DNA from: an uncultured Chloroflexia bacterium
GTDB lineage: Bacteria > Chloroflexota > Limnocylindria > Limnocylindrales > CSP1-4
NCBI GenBank assembly: GCA_963835945.1
Contig: CAWIHR010000054.1
Location: 8,727 to 72,726, forward strand
Reading direction: 5' to 3'
Length of the DNA stretch: 64,000 nucleotides
Shown: piece by piece, positions 40,424 to 51,290 of the stretch
Position numbering within the stretch: the stretch's first letter is position 1
Layout of the letters: every line of letters starts with the position of its first letter
Made by a program: the position numbers and the translations under genes
Notes under the pieces: model-generated
Databases searched by the model: none
What the model was told of the DNA's origin: nothing
What the model saw: the letters and a program-made list of their open reading frames with translations, nothing else

Positions 40424-42226
40424 TTAACGCGAGGTCCGCCGCCCGTATGCCCAGATGGTCAGCGGGATGATGATGGCAAGCAGGCGGAGGCACCACGCGG
40501 TCGTCTGCCAGTTGGCGGACATGTCCGGCTGCCCGAGCAGCAGTGCGCGAACCGCGTTGATGAGCAGGGTGACCGGCTGGTGCTCCACGAAGGGGCGCAG
40601 CCAGTCGGCCATCGTGCTCGGTGGCACCAGTGCGCTGCTGGCGAACATCAGCGGCAGGGCCCAGATGACGAACGCCTGTTGGATCGCTTCGACCCCGCTC
40701 AACAGCAGCCCCATGAGGGCCGAGAACCAGGCGAGCACGAGGCTGCCCAGCAGGAGGAGCCCCGTCGCCGCCAGCCAGTCCGCCAGGGTGCCGCCTGGCC
40801 GGAAGCCGACGAGGAGCCCGACGACCCAGACGAGGAGGACGATGAACGCGCTGCGCAGGAGGTCGGCCAAGATACGCCCGCTCAGCACCGCCGAGCCCGC
40901 CATGGGCAGGGAGCGAAAGCGATCGACGAGGCCGCGTTGCAGGTCTGTGGCGATGCCAATGCCAGTGAAGGCCGAACCCATGATCACCGATATCACCATG
41001 CTGCCCGGCATCAGGTAGTTGACGTAGCTCGTACCCGGGACGGCGATGGCGCCGCCGAGGATGTAGCGGAAGAGCACGACGAAGACGATCGGTTGGAGTG
41101 CCGTCGTGACCAGCTCGTCGGGCACCCGCCACATGCGCGTCAGCTGCCTTCGGGCCAGGACGAGGGCGTCCGCGAGGACCCAGTAGGGTGCGGCGCGGGG
41201 TGCTGGCGCGAGGTCGCGCCGCGTGAACGACGCCCCGGTCATGGGACGGTGCTCCTGTTCCGGCGTCGACTCGGGTTCGCTCTCGCTCGCACCGCGTCCG
41301 GTAAGGGCGAAGAAGACGTCGTCTAGGGTCGGGCGGCGAACCGCGAACTCGCCCACGTCGACCCCCGCAGCCTCGAGATCGCGGACGACCGCGGCGAGCC
41401 GCTGTGTCCCGGGCGCGATGGGCACCGTCAGGTGGCGGTGCTCACCGTCGAGTGCGATCTCACCCAAAGCGTGTGCGGCCAGCGCGCGCCGCGCCGCCGG
41501 CAGGTCTGTATCTGGCGCCAGCGTCAGATCGAGCCGCTCCCCGCCGATGCGCGCCTTCAGATCGTCGGCGCTGCCGGCGGCGATCACGCGGCCATGATCG
41601 ATGACCGCGATGCGGTGGGCGAGGTGGTCTGCCTCCTCGAGGTATTGCGTGGTGAGCAGGACGGTCGTGCCCTCCGTCACCAGGCCCCCGATCACGTCCC
41701 AGACCGCGAGCCTGCCTCTTGGGTCGAGACCTGTCGTCGGCTCGTCGAGAAACATGATGGGGGGCGCCACGATCAGGCTGGCGGCGAGGTCGAGCCGGTG
41801 GCGCATGCCACCCGAGTACGTCTTGACGAGCCTGCCAGCGGCCTCGGCCAGATCAAAGCCCGCCAGCAGCTCGTCCGCCCGTCGCGAGGCGCTGGCCCGG
41901 GAGAGGTGATAGAGCTGCCCGAACATGCGCAGGTTCTCGAAGCCGGTGAGCTCCTCGTCGAGCGCGGCGTATTGGCCGCCCAGTCCAATGCGCCGGCGCA
42001 CCTCAGCGGCCTGCGTCACCACGTCGAGGCCCCCGACCTCGGCGTGCCCGCCATCCGGACGCAGCAGCGTGGCCAGGATGCGCACCGCGGTCGTCTTGCC
42101 AGCGCCGTTAGGGCCGAGCACGCCCAGCACGGTCCCTTCCTCCGCGGAGAGATCGAGTCCGTCGAGCGCTCGGACCGTGCCGTACGACTTGCGCAGGCCC
42201 TCGGCCCGGATCGCAAGAGAAGTCAT
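40424..42226 (-). CDS. DrrAB-type ABC exporter, ATPase and permease in one frame
   Basis: GPNGAGKTT, YSGGM, LDEPTTGLDP, then an ABC-2 permease (DRFRSLPM). Confidence 0.88.
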   Translation of the reverse strand: MTSLAIRAEGLRKSYGTVRALDGLDLSAEEGTVLGVLGPNGAGKTTAVRILATLLRPDGGHAEVGGLDVVTQAAEVRRRIGLGGQYAALDEELTGFENLRMFGQLYHLSRASASRRADELLAGFDLAEAAGRLVKTYSGGMRHRLDLAASLIVAPPIMFLDEPTTGLDPRGRLAVWDVIGGLVTEGTTVLLTTQYLEEADHLAHRIAVIDHGRVIAAGSADDLKARIGGERLDLTLAPDTDLPAARRALAAHALGEIALDGEHRHLTVPIAPGTQRLAAVVRDLEAAGVDVGEFAVRRPTLDDVFFALTGRGASESEPESTPEQEHRPMTGASFTRRDLAPAPRAAPYWVLADALVLARRQLTRMWRVPDELVTTALQPIVFVVLFRYILGGAIAVPGTSYVNYLMPGSMVISVIMGSAFTGIGIATDLQRGLVDRFRSLPMAGSAVLSGRILADLLRSAFIVLLVWVVGLLVGFRPGGTLADWLAATGLLLLGSLVLAWFSALMGLLLSGVEAIQQAFVIWALPLMFASSALVPPSTMADWLRPFVEHQPVTLLINAVRALLLGQPDMSANWQTTAWCLRLLAIIIPLTIWAYGRRTSR

Positions 42227-42259
42227 CAGCGCTGATATTAGGTCCGGGAACGACGCATT

Positions 42260-42274
42260 GTCAACAACGTTGAC
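42260..42274. promoter_or_regulatory. Palindromic operator between the divergent ABC and TetR genes
   Basis: GTCAAC-AAC-GTTGAC, overlapping a TTGTCA-17-TAGACT promoter-like pair. Confidence 0.6.
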
Positions 42275-42292
42275 TTAGCCTAGACTTCCGCC

Positions 42293-42934
42293 GTGGCAGT
42301 CAGCCCTCCGCGACCTCGCCGCCGCACGGGACGGCCGGCCGGTTCCCCGCCGAACCGGGCAGCCATCCTCGCCGCGGCGCGCGAGCAGTTCATCGCGCAT
42401 GGCTACGACGCCACGGTCCGCGACATCGCGGCCGGAGCTGGGGTCGACCCGGCCCTCCTGTATCACTACTTCGACTCCAAGGATCGGCTCCTGCTCGCCG
42501 CCATCCAGGAAGGGGCAGCGGGTGAGGTCTCGATCGAGTCAGTCGTCCCCCAACTCCTCGAGGGCGATCCGGATCGGCTCGGCGAGCGACTCATGCGGGC
42601 CGTCTTTGCCGCCTACGAGACTCCTTTCTATCGCGCCGCCTGGGGCTCGCTCGTCGAGCTGTTTCGCCTGGCGACCGCACAGCCGGACGCCGCCGGGATG
42701 CTGCGGGAGGGCCTGACGGGGGGCGGACTGATCCGGCTGGTGGAGGCGCTCGGGGTGCCCCACGCCCAGACACGGGCGGCCCTGATCGGAACGGAGCTCG
42801 TCGGCCTCGCGCTGGCGCGGTTCGTGCTCAGCATCGAACCGATCGCCAGCGCCCACCTCGAGACGCTCGTCGCCTGGTATGGCCCGACGCTGCAGCGCTA
42901 CCTCACCGCGCCGCTGACGGTGGACATCGACTGA
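42293..42934 (+). CDS. TetR-family regulator
   Basis: TVRDIAAGAGVDPALLYHYFDSK and GPTLQRYLT. Confidence 0.92.
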   Translation: MAVSPPRPRRRTGRPAGSPPNRAAILAAAREQFIAHGYDATVRDIAAGAGVDPALLYHYFDSKDRLLLAAIQEGAAGEVSIESVVPQLLEGDPDRLGERLMRAVFAAYETPFYRAAWGSLVELFRLATAQPDAAGMLREGLTGGGLIRLVEALGVPHAQTRAALIGTELVGLALARFVLSIEPIASAHLETLVAWYGPTLQRYLTAPLTVDID

Positions 42935-43202
42935 GCACCAGGCGACGCGGCTCCCTTGCTACCTCGGCTTCAGGCCAGTCGCCCCGACCATAACTCCACC
43001 TTCTGGCGCGCCCGGCCCGGGCTCGCCGACACTCCCATCAGGAGCCAATCCGAAGCTCCCGTTTCCGGATGGGCTCTTGCGCCATGGCAGGTCGCACGTC
43101 CGGCGCGGAGATCTCCGGGCTCAGGTCCGTCCCCTAACCCGGCCCGAAGCGCCAGGCAGTAGGCGATCCCCTGCTACCCTGGGCCGAGCGATGCTGCCGA
43201 GG

Positions 43203-43988
43203 ATGCCGACCGTGGCGGACACGTCTGACGCCGACCTACGGACGACGCTGCGCGCGCACCGCGGCGACTACGGGGTCGATGGGTCGCTCTGGGGCGTCTC
43301 CTCCATCCTTGCTGCCGGCGCCGCGCTCGCCGGCCTCGCTGTCCGGCATCGCCGAGCCGGCCGCGGACGTCTGGCGTTCCTCGAGTTTGGGGGCAGCCTG
43401 GCCGTGCTCGCGTTGGTAGCGTGCGACCTGCATGCGACCCGCCGGGGCAAGTTCGCCGTGTGGGCCGAGCTGCTGGCGGCCCTCCCGCTGCGGGGCGACG
43501 ACCAGGTGCTCGACATGGGCTGCGGGCGAGGGGTCGTCCTCGCCATGGTCGCCAAACGCCTGCCCCAGGGGAAGGCCGTCGGGCTCGACCTCTGGACTGC
43601 CGATCAATCCGGCAATCGCCCGGAGGCCACGCGGCGGAACCTCGCCGCCGAAGGCGTGGCCGAGCGTTGCGAGCTCGTCACGGCGGACATGCGGTACCTG
43701 CCCTTCCCCGATGCCACCTTCGATCTTGTCCTCAGCAACTTGGCCATCCACAACATCGACCGGTCCCGCCCGCGCGCCCACACCGAGCGTCTGCGGGCGG
43801 TCGAGGAAGCCGTGCGCGTCCTGCGGCCCGGGGGCCGCCTGCTGATCGCCGACCCGCGCTGGACGCCGCGCTACGCCCAGCGCCTGCGCGAACTCGGGAT
43901 GCGGGACGTGCAGCAGCGCTCGCTCGGGTGGCGCGTCTGGTATGGCCCGGGGAACGGCGCCGCGCTGGTCAGCGCGACTAAACCCTGA
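43203..43988 (+). CDS. Class I SAM-dependent methyltransferase with N-terminal TM segments
   Basis: VLDMGCGRG, FPDATFDLVLS and LRPGG. Confidence 0.88.
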   Translation: MPTVADTSDADLRTTLRAHRGDYGVDGSLWGVSSILAAGAALAGLAVRHRRAGRGRLAFLEFGGSLAVLALVACDLHATRRGKFAVWAELLAALPLRGDDQVLDMGCGRGVVLAMVAKRLPQGKAVGLDLWTADQSGNRPEATRRNLAAEGVAERCELVTADMRYLPFPDATFDLVLSNLAIHNIDRSRPRAHTERLRAVEEAVRVLRPGGRLLIADPRWTPRYAQRLRELGMRDVQQRSLGWRVWYGPGNGAALVSATKP

Positions 43989-44339
43989 CCGCACGGGGCG
44001 AGGACAACTAGCGCGTAGCCGGGGCGCCACACGATTGGATGGCCCGTGGCCGACCTGGTGCACAGCCCGCCAGGCGGACCGACGGGCAAGCGTCAGAACC
44101 CGCCGCGGCGCGATGCGCAACGTTCACCCGCAGGTTCGGCACTACTCCTCCCGCCGCGACCAGAACCACGTCGTCGGTCCCGCTCGCTTGAGTACGCGCT
44201 CCCGGGCAACGCAGCGGTGGCTCGTCACCCTTGCGAAAGGATTGCTTGCACAAGGTGACGATGCTGGCAAGATGTGCCCGGAGCCGACGCGCGCCCGTTT
44301 CGTCGAGTCCGAGCCAGTAGCTGTCCTGCGGGACAAGGA

Positions 44340-45968
44340 GTGACGGTCGTGCATCGCGAACGACTGCCGATCCGACTGGGCATCGCGACGATAGGGATGG
44401 CCGCCCTCGTGGCCGGCTGCGCCAGGACGACCTCGAGCCAGGGCGCGTCGCAGCGGGCGTCGAGCGGGACAAGCGTCTCTCCGGCGGCGAGCGGCTCACT
44501 CGTCTTTCCGAAGGACACTTACACGACCGAGACCAAGACGGTCACGACCTCGACGGGCTCGGTGACGGTCACGGATCACCTCTACTCCGCGATCCCCTAC
44601 GTCGCGAAGCCGGTGGACACGAGGTACGAGAGCCTGAACGTCGAGGTACCGGTCGCGATCGACGGACAGACCATCGACGCGACCGGCGCCCCCATCGTGC
44701 TCAACATCCCCGTCGGCGGGTACCTCGCTTCGGCGGTCGGGGGCGGCTCCGGCGGCGCTCCGAGCGGAGGCGTACCAGGCGGGGCGATGCCTAGCGGCGG
44801 GCCTGGCGGCGCTCCGAGCGGAGGCGTACCAGGCGGGGCGATGCCTAGCGGCGGCCAGAGCGGAGTCGCGGGCCAGGGCGGATCCGGAGACGCCGACCTC
44901 GCGCTCGCGGCCGGCTACGTCGTCGTCACGCCTGGCGTCCGCGGTCGCGACAACAAGGCCTCCGACGGCACGTACTATGGCAAGGCCCCGGCCGCAATCG
45001 TCGACCTCAAGGCAGCCGTCCGGTACATCCACGCCAACAAGGGCGTGTTCCCGGGCAACACCGACTGGATCATCTCGACCGGCACGAGCGCTGGCGGCGC
45101 GCTCTCGGCGATCCTCGGCGCGTCGGGCAACAGCAGCCTCTACGACGCTGCCCTAGCGAAGATCGGTGCGGCTAACGCCTCCGACGCGATCTTCGCGGCT
45201 GCGGCCTATTGCCCGATCACCGACCTTGACCACGCCGATGCGATCTACGAGTGGACGTTCGGCTCTTCGACGCTCAAGAACGGCGGCACCGTCGATCAGA
45301 CGATCTCGACGGCGCTTGCCGCCGAGTTCGCCCCGTACGTCGCGTCGCTCAAGCTGACCGCCGACGACGGAACGGCGATCACCGCCGACACCGAGGCGAA
45401 CTACCTGCTCACGACCTTCCTCGAGCCGGCGGCGAAGACGTACCTTGCGTCGCTCTCCGACACCGCCCGCGCGAGCTACCTCGCCTCGAATGCCTGGATC
45501 ACATGGGTAAACGACAAGGCGACGTTCTCCTGGTCGGATTTCCTGGCCCACATCGGACGGTCCAAGACCGCCCCCGCCTTCGACGCCCTTGACCTCTCGG
45601 CCGCCGAGAACATCGAGTTCGGCAGCTCGACGACGAACGCCCGACACTTTACGGAGTTCAGCCTGCGGAAGGCGACCGGGAACCCGAACGCCAAGATCGA
45701 CGCCGACCTGCCGGCGGTCCTCGACGAGATGAACCCGATGTACTTCATCGGGCAGGAGAACGCAGGCCTGGCGAAGCATTGGTTCCTGCGGGTGGGTACA
45801 AGCGACACCGACACCTCGCCGGTGATCGTCGGCAACTTGGCGGCCTCGCTGCTGAACCACGGCAGCGATGTGGACGCCCTCATGTACTGGGACGCCGGGC
45901 ACGGTGCCAACCAGGACCCGGCCGCGTTCATCGCCTGGATCGCCAAGGAGACGGCCTACACGAAGTAG
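44340..45968 (+). CDS. Subtype B tannase-like lipoprotein esterase
   Basis: VAGC lipobox, GKAPAAIVDLKAAVRY, GTSAGG, YCPITDL and WDAGH. Confidence 0.85.
   Translation: MTVVHRERLPIRLGIATIGMAALVAGCARTTSSQGASQRASSGTSVSPAASGSLVFPKDTYTTETKTVTTSTGSVTVTDHLYSAIPYVAKPVDTRYESLNVEVPVAIDGQTIDATGAPIVLNIPVGGYLASAVGGGSGGAPSGGVPGGAMPSGGPGGAPSGGVPGGAMPSGGQSGVAGQGGSGDADLALAAGYVVVTPGVRGRDNKASDGTYYGKAPAAIVDLKAAVRYIHANKGVFPGNTDWIISTGTSAGGALSAILGASGNSSLYDAALAKIGAANASDAIFAAAAYCPITDLDHADAIYEWTFGSSTLKNGGTVDQTISTALAAEFAPYVASLKLTADDGTAITADTEANYLLTTFLEPAAKTYLASLSDTARASYLASNAWITWVNDKATFSWSDFLAHIGRSKTAPAFDALDLSAAENIEFGSSTTNARHFTEFSLRKATGNPNAKIDADLPAVLDEMNPMYFIGQENAGLAKHWFLRVGTSDTDTSPVIVGNLAASLLNHGSDVDALMYWDAGHGANQDPAAFIAWIAKETAYTK
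44751..44854 (+). repeat. 54-bp in-frame tandem duplication in the tannase gene
   Basis: GGAPSGGVPGGAMPSGG encoded twice with near-identical DNA. Confidence 0.9.
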
Positions 45969-46084
45969 TGGCCTGAGCGGGCCAGCGAGCGACCACTCGA
46001 CCGGATCGCCAGCTGGGAGTCGCTCGTGCGCGTGACGCGATCCCCGGGTCATCGCGGGCCCCTCGGGCAGTCCGAAGCTCAAGG

Positions 46085-46415
46085 TCGGCCCGCGTGTCCC
46101 ACCGTCGCTCGCGGTACCCATTGCGGCGGGTGAGTCTCCGCTCCGGGTCGCGCTCTCCATGCGGCACCCCGGTGAGCTCGGTGACCTCGGCCTCCATCAC
46201 CGCCTGGGCGAGCACGCGCACCCTCTCGCGCAGGAAGTCGACGCCGCCTGTGGCGATCGCCTTGCGCACCGTGTCGAGCACGGCCATCCTGTCCTCGGCC
46301 ATCGCGGCCTCCCTTCGTGTCGTCGGTTCCTACTCCAACGACGCGAGGATGACGCGGTGGCCGCTCTCGTTCACGGCCTGCTTCTCTGTGACACCACGCT
46401 ATGGGACACGACCCC
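46085..46415 (-). mobile_element. IS256-family remnant (one end plus transposase N-terminus)
   Basis: VMEAEVTELTG...RNGYRERRWDTR. Probable terminus GGGGTCGTGTCCC at 46415. Confidence 0.85.
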
Positions 46416-46576
46416 GTGAGCAGGATGTCGGCGTCTGTGCTGGTCGTGTCGACCGGGCAGTGATCAGAGGGTGGCGGGGGCTCCCCGACCTGGCCGGGGA
46501 CGACGCACGCTCGATGTACGATCGCTGCTCGCAGACCCAGCGGTCGGTGGTAGGCGATCGTGACAGGGAGCAGGGC

Positions 46577-47497
46577 GTGCGGCTCGCGGTGGTCGGTGTT
46601 GGCGGCCTCGGTGGGTACTTCGGGGCGCGCCTGGCGCAGGCCCAGAACGACGTTCGCTTCTTGGCTCGTGGGCGGCACTTGGAGGCCCTGCGGATCCGCG
46701 GCCTGCGCGTCCAGAGCGTCCTCGGCGACTTTGCCCTGGCGCCTGCACAGGTCCCGGCGGCCGACGACCCGTACCAGATCGGCCCGGTCGATGTCGTCCT
46801 CTTCACCGTCAAGTCCTTCGACACGCAAGCGGCCGCCCGCCTGCTGCCACCCCTGCTTCGACCGGACACGGCCGTGATTTCCCTACAGAACGGCATCGAC
46901 AACGAGGAGAAGCTCGGCGCCGAGATCGGCGCCCAGCACGTCGTCGGAGGGGCGGCCTACATCTTCACTGAGCTCGTCGAGCCGGGCGTGGTGCGTCACT
47001 CCGGCGGCCCCACGCGGCTCGTGTTCGGGGAGCTCGACGGGCGCCGATCGGCGCGGCTCGAGGCGTTCCGTGCCGCCTGCCTGCGGGCTGGCTTCGGCGC
47101 CGAGATCGTGGCTGACATTCGCGCCGCCCTGTGGACCAAGTACGCCTTCATCTGCGCCCAGGCGGGCACGACCGCCGCGGTGCGGCAGCCCATCGGGGTG
47201 ATCCGCGAGACACCCGCCACCTGGGCGCTCTTCGGGCACATCGTCGAGGAGGCCTGGCGCGTCGGGCGCGCGGAGGGAGTCCGGCTCCCGGACGACCTAG
47301 TGCAACGGCAGTTAGACCTCGCCACGAGGATCGAGCCGGCGAACTACTCCTCCCTCTACGACGACCTCATCGCTGGGCGCCGGATGGAGCTCGATGCCTT
47401 GCTTGGCGAGCTCGTTCGGCGCGGTGGACGAGCTGGCGTGCCCACGCCGGCAGCGGAGACCCTCTATGCCGTGCTTCGCCCGTGGGCGGATCGATGA
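46577..47497 (+). CDS. panE: 2-dehydropantoate 2-reductase family protein
   Basis: GVGGLGGYFG, VKSFD, LQNGID, WTKY, SSLYDDL and ELD. Confidence 0.9.
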   Translation: MRLAVVGVGGLGGYFGARLAQAQNDVRFLARGRHLEALRIRGLRVQSVLGDFALAPAQVPAADDPYQIGPVDVVLFTVKSFDTQAAARLLPPLLRPDTAVISLQNGIDNEEKLGAEIGAQHVVGGAAYIFTELVEPGVVRHSGGPTRLVFGELDGRRSARLEAFRAACLRAGFGAEIVADIRAALWTKYAFICAQAGTTAAVRQPIGVIRETPATWALFGHIVEEAWRVGRAEGVRLPDDLVQRQLDLATRIEPANYSSLYDDLIAGRRMELDALLGELVRRGGRAGVPTPAAETLYAVLRPWADR

Positions 47498-47717
47498 GCC
47501 GAGCCGGCTAACCAATGAACGGATGTCTGGTGCGCTCCGGTCGACTCACGGGGCATGACCGGATATCGAGGTCTGGGCCATCGATATCGCCCGCGAGCTC
47601 CGGCCGGTGTCAACCGGCGAGCGCTGTGGAAGAGCCCGAACGAGCGACCTGCGTTGGGAGGATGAGCCCGACGAGCACGACTGCCTTTATTGGTCGACCA
47701 CGCGTGCGAGTTGTGCC

Positions 47718-48980
47718 GTGGAGCTGACGTTGGCCTACGGCTCAGTCGGCCTGCGGGCCGAGGTGCCTGTCAACCGCACGACCGTCGTTCGCCCTCGCCA
47801 TCGCGCTGCGGTCGCGCAACCGCTCGAGACGATCCAGGATGCGCTCCGACGGCCCGTTGCGGGCGCACCTCTCCGGGATCTTGCGAGGCCTGGCCAGCGG
47901 GTCGCGGTCTCTGTCTGCGACATCACCCGGCCGCAACCCCGCCGGCTGATGCTGGAGGCCATCCTCGCCGAGCTCGATGGGGTCGTGCGCCCGAAGGACG
48001 TGACGGTGATCATCGCGACGGGGACGCATCGGTTGAACACCCAGGACGAGTTGGACGAGATGCTTGGGCCGACGGTCCGCGGCTCCTGTCGCGTGGTGAA
48101 CCACGATGCTCGGGATGCCAGCACCCATGTGGATCTCGGGATGGTCGACGACGTGCCGGTGCTCCTCAGCCGGGAATGGGTGGACGCGGACCTCCGGATC
48201 ACCACGGGGTTCGTTGAGCCGCATTTCTTCGCGGGCTTCAGCGGCGGTCCGAAGATGGTGGCGCCCGGACTCGCTGGCCTCGAGACCACGCTCCAGCTGC
48301 ATAACGCGCGTCGGATCGGCGATCGGCGGGCAACCTGGGGCATCTGCGAAGGCAATCCGGTCCACGATGCCATCCGTGCGGTGGCCGCCGCCGCCCCTCC
48401 GGCGTTCGCGCTGGACGTGCTCCTAAACCGCGAGCAGCGCATCACGGCGGCGTTCGGTGGCCCCCTGTTCGAGATGCATCGCCTCGCGCGAGAGCGCGCC
48501 AGGGCGGAGGCGATGGTGCCCGTCGATGGGCCGTTTGACATCGTCGTGACGACGAACAGCGGGTATCCCTTGGACCAGAACCTCTATCAGGCCGTCAAGG
48601 GGATCTCGGCGGCCGCGGAGATTGTGCGAGACGGCGGCACGATCATCTGCGCCGCCGAATGCCGCGACGGGCTGCCCGAGCATGGCTCTTACGCTGCCCT
48701 CCTGGCCAGCCGCAACACGCCCCAAGAGCTGCTGCGCATGATCGAGGCGGCGCCGGTCACGATCCCCGACCAGTGGCAGGTCCAGATCCAGGCTAGGGTC
48801 CAGTGCCGGGCGCGCGTGCTTGTCCACACGGATGGGCTTACCGACCGTGAGATCGCGGCGGCTCACTTCGAGCCGGCTGGCGACGTCTCGCGCGCCCTTG
48901 CGGGCCTCCTGCGGAAGGATCCCGACGCACGAGTCTGCGTGCTGCCGGAAGGCCCACAGACCATCGCGTACATCGCGTGA
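47718..48980 (+). CDS. larA: Nickel-pincer-dependent lactate racemase family protein
   Basis: DITRP, ATGTHR, EPHFFAGFSGGPK and DQNLYQAVKG. Confidence 0.92.
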   Translation: MELTLAYGSVGLRAEVPVNRTTVVRPRHRAAVAQPLETIQDALRRPVAGAPLRDLARPGQRVAVSVCDITRPQPRRLMLEAILAELDGVVRPKDVTVIIATGTHRLNTQDELDEMLGPTVRGSCRVVNHDARDASTHVDLGMVDDVPVLLSREWVDADLRITTGFVEPHFFAGFSGGPKMVAPGLAGLETTLQLHNARRIGDRRATWGICEGNPVHDAIRAVAAAAPPAFALDVLLNREQRITAAFGGPLFEMHRLARERARAEAMVPVDGPFDIVVTTNSGYPLDQNLYQAVKGISAAAEIVRDGGTIICAAECRDGLPEHGSYAALLASRNTPQELLRMIEAAPVTIPDQWQVQIQARVQCRARVLVHTDGLTDREIAAAHFEPAGDVSRALAGLLRKDPDARVCVLPEGPQTIAYIA

Positions 48981-49135
48981 CCGGCCCGGAGTGGGATCGA
49001 CCTAGTCAAGGTTGTGCCGGCAACCACCGTGACCCTCCCTGGAGGCGTAGACCCGCAACGCGGGGCTCATTCGCCCACGGGCGCGAGAGCACGTCCCCGG
49101 CGCTCTCGCGCAGAGGCTGTCCCAAGTGTGGCCTG

Positions 49136-49849
49136 TCACCACTCCCCGATGACGACGCCGGCGCGCCGGGGCCCATGCACGCCCACCGCCACGTCGCCCT
49201 CGATGTCGGCACTCCGGCTAGGACCGCTCACGAGGTTCACCGCCGACGGAAGGCCACCCTGCTGAGCCCTGTGATTGGCCATGACGCGCAGCCCGTCGGG
49301 GACGCTCCGCACGATCTGCGAGGGGCGCACGAGGGCGACGTGCGCCGTTGGCAGCAGGCTCGGCAAGCGCCCCGTGGAGGGTGTGGCGTAGAGCGCGATC
49401 GTGCCGGTGTCGGCCACCGCCCAGGCGCAGGTCGTGATGCCGAGATCGCTCGCGGCAGCCAGGTTCCGACGTCGAGACAAGGCGGCGCCGGGTGTCGCCG
49501 GCTCGTCCGCGGGCCCGCCAGGAGGGGAGTCCTGATGATCTCCTGCCACATCTGCGCCGCCGGGATGGTCGGTCCACCACACGCACTCGCAGCCTAGCGA
49601 GGCGAGTAAGCCGGGCAGGTCCAACGGGGCGAGCTCGTCGGTTGCCCAGGCGATCACACGGCGGGGGGCGGGACCACGTTCCGAGACCATCGCGCTGACG
49701 GCCTCGGCGAGGGCGCGACGGACGTCGTCGACTCCGCCCAGGGCGAGCCAGGCGTCGCCGGACAGGGCCACCCAATGGTCCATGAACTCCTGGACGAGTT
49801 CGCCGTCGCTCTGGTGACCGAGGGGAACCGTCGTGCCCGTTCGACTCAT
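49136..49849 (-). CDS. lutC: Lactate utilization protein C (LUD domain)
   Basis: ADTGT, SLLP..H and SGPSRSADIE...GVHGP. Confidence 0.88.
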   Translation of the reverse strand: MSRTGTTVPLGHQSDGELVQEFMDHWVALSGDAWLALGGVDDVRRALAEAVSAMVSERGPAPRRVIAWATDELAPLDLPGLLASLGCECVWWTDHPGGADVAGDHQDSPPGGPADEPATPGAALSRRRNLAAASDLGITTCAWAVADTGTIALYATPSTGRLPSLLPTAHVALVRPSQIVRSVPDGLRVMANHRAQQGGLPSAVNLVSGPSRSADIEGDVAVGVHGPRRAGVVIGEW

Positions 49850-51290
49850 GTCCGCGACCCCGGTCTGGCCCGCTGCCACCACTCGTGGAATGTCTCCTTG
49901 GCCACGGGGGGCGAATCGCGGGTCGCAGTCCAGCCCCCCACGAGACCGGGCGCCCGCGTCAGCCGGCCGTTCTGCATGAATGCCCACTGCCCGAGTCGAA
50001 CCAGGCGAGCCGTCAAGCGGTAGCCAGCCGGGTTGGCCCAGAAGCGCCCCCAGAGCTCGAAGGTGAGGCGCATCGTCGTGGGCTCCATCGAGGCGTCGAT
50101 CTCGGTCCGCCGCAGCGCCAGGATGTGGTGCGGCAGCTCGATCTCCATGGGGCAGGCGTCGCGGCAGGCGTAGCACATCGCACAGGCCGACTTGGGCAGT
50201 TCCGGCGCGTGATCGAGGCCCCCCAGCAGTGGCGTCAGGACTACACCGATCGGGCCGCTGTACATGCTTCCGTAGGCTTGGCCCCCGATTGTGCGGAACA
50301 CGGGGCAGACATTGAGGCAGGCCCCGCAGCGGATGCAGGTGAGGATGTCCTCGTACTCGGTTCGCAGCAGCTCGTGACGCCCGTTGTCGAGCAGCACGAC
50401 GTGGAACTCCTCTGGCCCATCAAGCTCGCCAGACCGTCGCGGGCCCGTGATGAAGCTGGTGTAGGTGGAGAGGAGCTGGCCGGTTCCGCTCATCGGCGGC
50501 TGCTGGAGCAGCCCGGCTAAGTCGTCCCACGTCGCCACGACCTTGTCGATGCCCACCACGGCGATGTGCACGGGCGGCAGCGAGGTCGTCATGCGCCCGT
50601 TGCCCTCGTTGGTGATCAGCACGAGCGTGCCCGTCTCGGCGATGAGGAAGTTGCCTCCCGTGATGCCGATGTCGGCGGCGAGGAACTCCTCCCGCAACTG
50701 TCGCCGGGCGAACGCCGTCAGCTCAGGCGTGGCGTCGCCAGTGGGTGGCGTGACCTTGCTGCGCTCGGCCTCATCGTCGAAGAGCGCCCGGATCTGCTGT
50801 CGCGTCTTGTGCGAGGCGGGCACCAGGATATGAGCTGGGCGCTCCCCTGCGAGCTGGATGATGTACTCGCCCAAGTCGGTCTCGCGGACGTGTAGGCCGG
50901 CCGCCTCAAGCTGCTCGTTGAGCGCGACCTCCTCAGTGGCCATGGACTTTGATTTCACCACGCGCTGGGCGCCGCGCCGCCGAGCGACGCCGAGCACGTA
51001 GCGGCCGACATCGGCCGGACCGGCGGCCCGCGTGACGTGCCCCCCGTGGGCCTCCACGTGGCGGGTGAATTCCTCGAGCAGCGCATCTGTGTGTGCCAGC
51101 GCGCTCCGGCGGGCCGCGACCGCTCGCGCCCGCATCGCTTCGCCGGGGGGTAGGAGGCGTAGGCGGCCGCCTTCTTCTCGGCGAGGCTGCGGGTGCTCTT
51201 CGCGACGGCCGCGCGCATCGTCGGGTCGCCGAGGGCGCGCCGCCGCCGCTCGGGCCAGGTTGCCCCAGCCGGGGGCAGGACACCCGGCAT
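49846..51290 (-). CDS. lutB: Lactate utilization Fe-S protein B, frameshift near 51150
   Basis: VKSKSMATEE, ETDLGEYIIQL, TNEGNG and CIRCGACLNVCP. Confidence 0.92.

Noticed and set aside
959-51290. Numerous frameshifts (metX, dprA, AT3-SGNH, terL, mop, modA, modB, lutB) as programmed frameshifting or mass pseudogenisation
   Set aside because: They are single-base indels scattered through genes with otherwise intact motifs. Sequencing or assembly error is the simpler explanation, pending read checks.
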